A stretch of DNA of 64,000 nt, from the IMG/VR virus record IMGVR_UViG_3300033066_000386, positions 1 through 64,000 of that record; one strand, 5' to 3'. Position numbers and translations under genes: made by a program. Positions 63,424-64,000 of this stretch are shown piece after piece (within the stretch, counting starts at the first letter, position 1; each line of letters opens with the position of its first letter). The stretch is from a virus (taxonomy: Duplodnaviria; Caudoviricetes). Under the pieces are notes generated by a model. The model did no database searches and was not told where the DNA came from. It was given only the letters and a program-made list of their open reading frames with translations.

Positions 63424-64000
63424 TTACTTTATCCACGGTGCATTCCCTTCCTTCCACATTTGGTTGAGTTCTGCCAAATCCTTCGAGGTATCGCACGATG
63501 CGAAGAACCCCTTGTGACGATACGCCATGAGGTCGCTCGTCTCGGCCATGTCCTTGAGAGTGTCTTCGAGTGGACCCTTGCTTAATCGATCCAGGATGCC
63601 CCTATTGAACACGAAGAACCCCGCATTGACCCATTCATCGGTTTGGGGCTTTTCCTTGAAGGAGAGGACCGTATCGGCAGCTAGGATGTAGCCTTGGGCA
63701 TCGGTATAGGTTCGGTCGTTGATGTCCAAGACCCCGTACTTGGATCGGGGCTGGACGGCTACCAGGGTTGCCATGCGTCCGTGAGTGCGATGGAAATCCA
63801 CCACCTCTTGAATGTCCACATTGGATAGTCCATCCCCGTAGGTGCAAAGGAAGGTGGGTTCGGTGATGTAGTCGCGCAGTCTTAACAGCCTCTCACCCGT
63901 TTGGGATTCCATGCCGGTGTCCACCATCGTGACCTTGAACGAGTCCTTTTCGTCCATTGGGTCGCCGTGGTACTTCATGGCCCCGATGTTGGAGATGGTG
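63424..64000 (-). CDS. rfbF: glucose-1-phosphate cytidylyltransferase (RfbF/DdhA), 5' end beyond the window
   Basis: VTMVDTG..SQTGERL...TFLCTYGDGLSNVDI...FHRTHGRMATLVAV...FKEKP..WVNAGFFVF...GFFASCDT..D..ELNQMW; frame open to the window edge. Confidence 0.9.
   Translation of the reverse strand, partial: TISNIGAMKYHGDPMDEKDSFKVTMVDTGMESQTGERLLRLRDYITEPTFLCTYGDGLSNVDIQEVVDFHRTHGRMATLVAVQPRSKYGVLDINDRTYTDAQGYILAADTVLSFKEKPQTDEWVNAGFFVFNRGILDRLSKGPLEDTLKDMAETSDLMAYRHKGFFASCDTSKDLAELNQMWKEGNAPWIK

Noticed and set aside
53843-64000. Sugar genes as flanking host chromosome (prophage boundary)
   Set aside because: They are interleaved with small phage-type ORFs, translationally coupled to them and carry the phage palindrome. 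No att site, integrase or housekeeping gene is seen.

Overview
This window is a 64-kb segment of a large tailed dsDNA bacteriophage genome with an HK97-type head and a siphovirus-like tail module. Both ends are cut inside genes and almost all genes lie on the minus strand. I saw no integrase, terminase, CRISPR array or host housekeeping gene. From left to right it holds five blocks. (i) A DNA recombination/repair block: PD-(D/E)XK nuclease, family-4 uracil-DNA glycosylase, RuvC-like resolvase, a MutS-I/UvrD helicase fusion, an atypical tRNA, and a ParB-like protein with a degenerate MutS-I-like tail. (ii) A candidate lysis/envelope block with a papain-like peptidase and membrane proteins. (iii) Tail genes: CBM-repeat and Gly-rich fibres, a short tape measure, and a chaperone with a -1 slippery site. 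(iv) Head genes: connector, a glycosyltransferase-like gene, two tandem major-capsid paralogues, a long prohead protease/scaffold, gpF, and a 1782-aa portal carrying an intein, a NUDIX domain and a HExxH module. (v) A CDP-3,6-dideoxysugar pathway (rfbF, rfbG, rfbH, an SDR and a ThDP enzyme, resembling the yersiniose gene set) interleaved with small phage genes. Three freestanding homing-type endonucleases and two small plus-strand islands with sigma70-type promoters interrupt the late region. The strongest unexplained DNA-level signal is a dispersed 18-20 bp palindrome, ideal form TTCTAGTCGCGCGACTAGAA. Its core TCGCGCGA occurs at least 27 times by manual count, both at gene junctions and inside genes in different reading frames. 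All family assignments come from motif recognition by eye; no database search was run.
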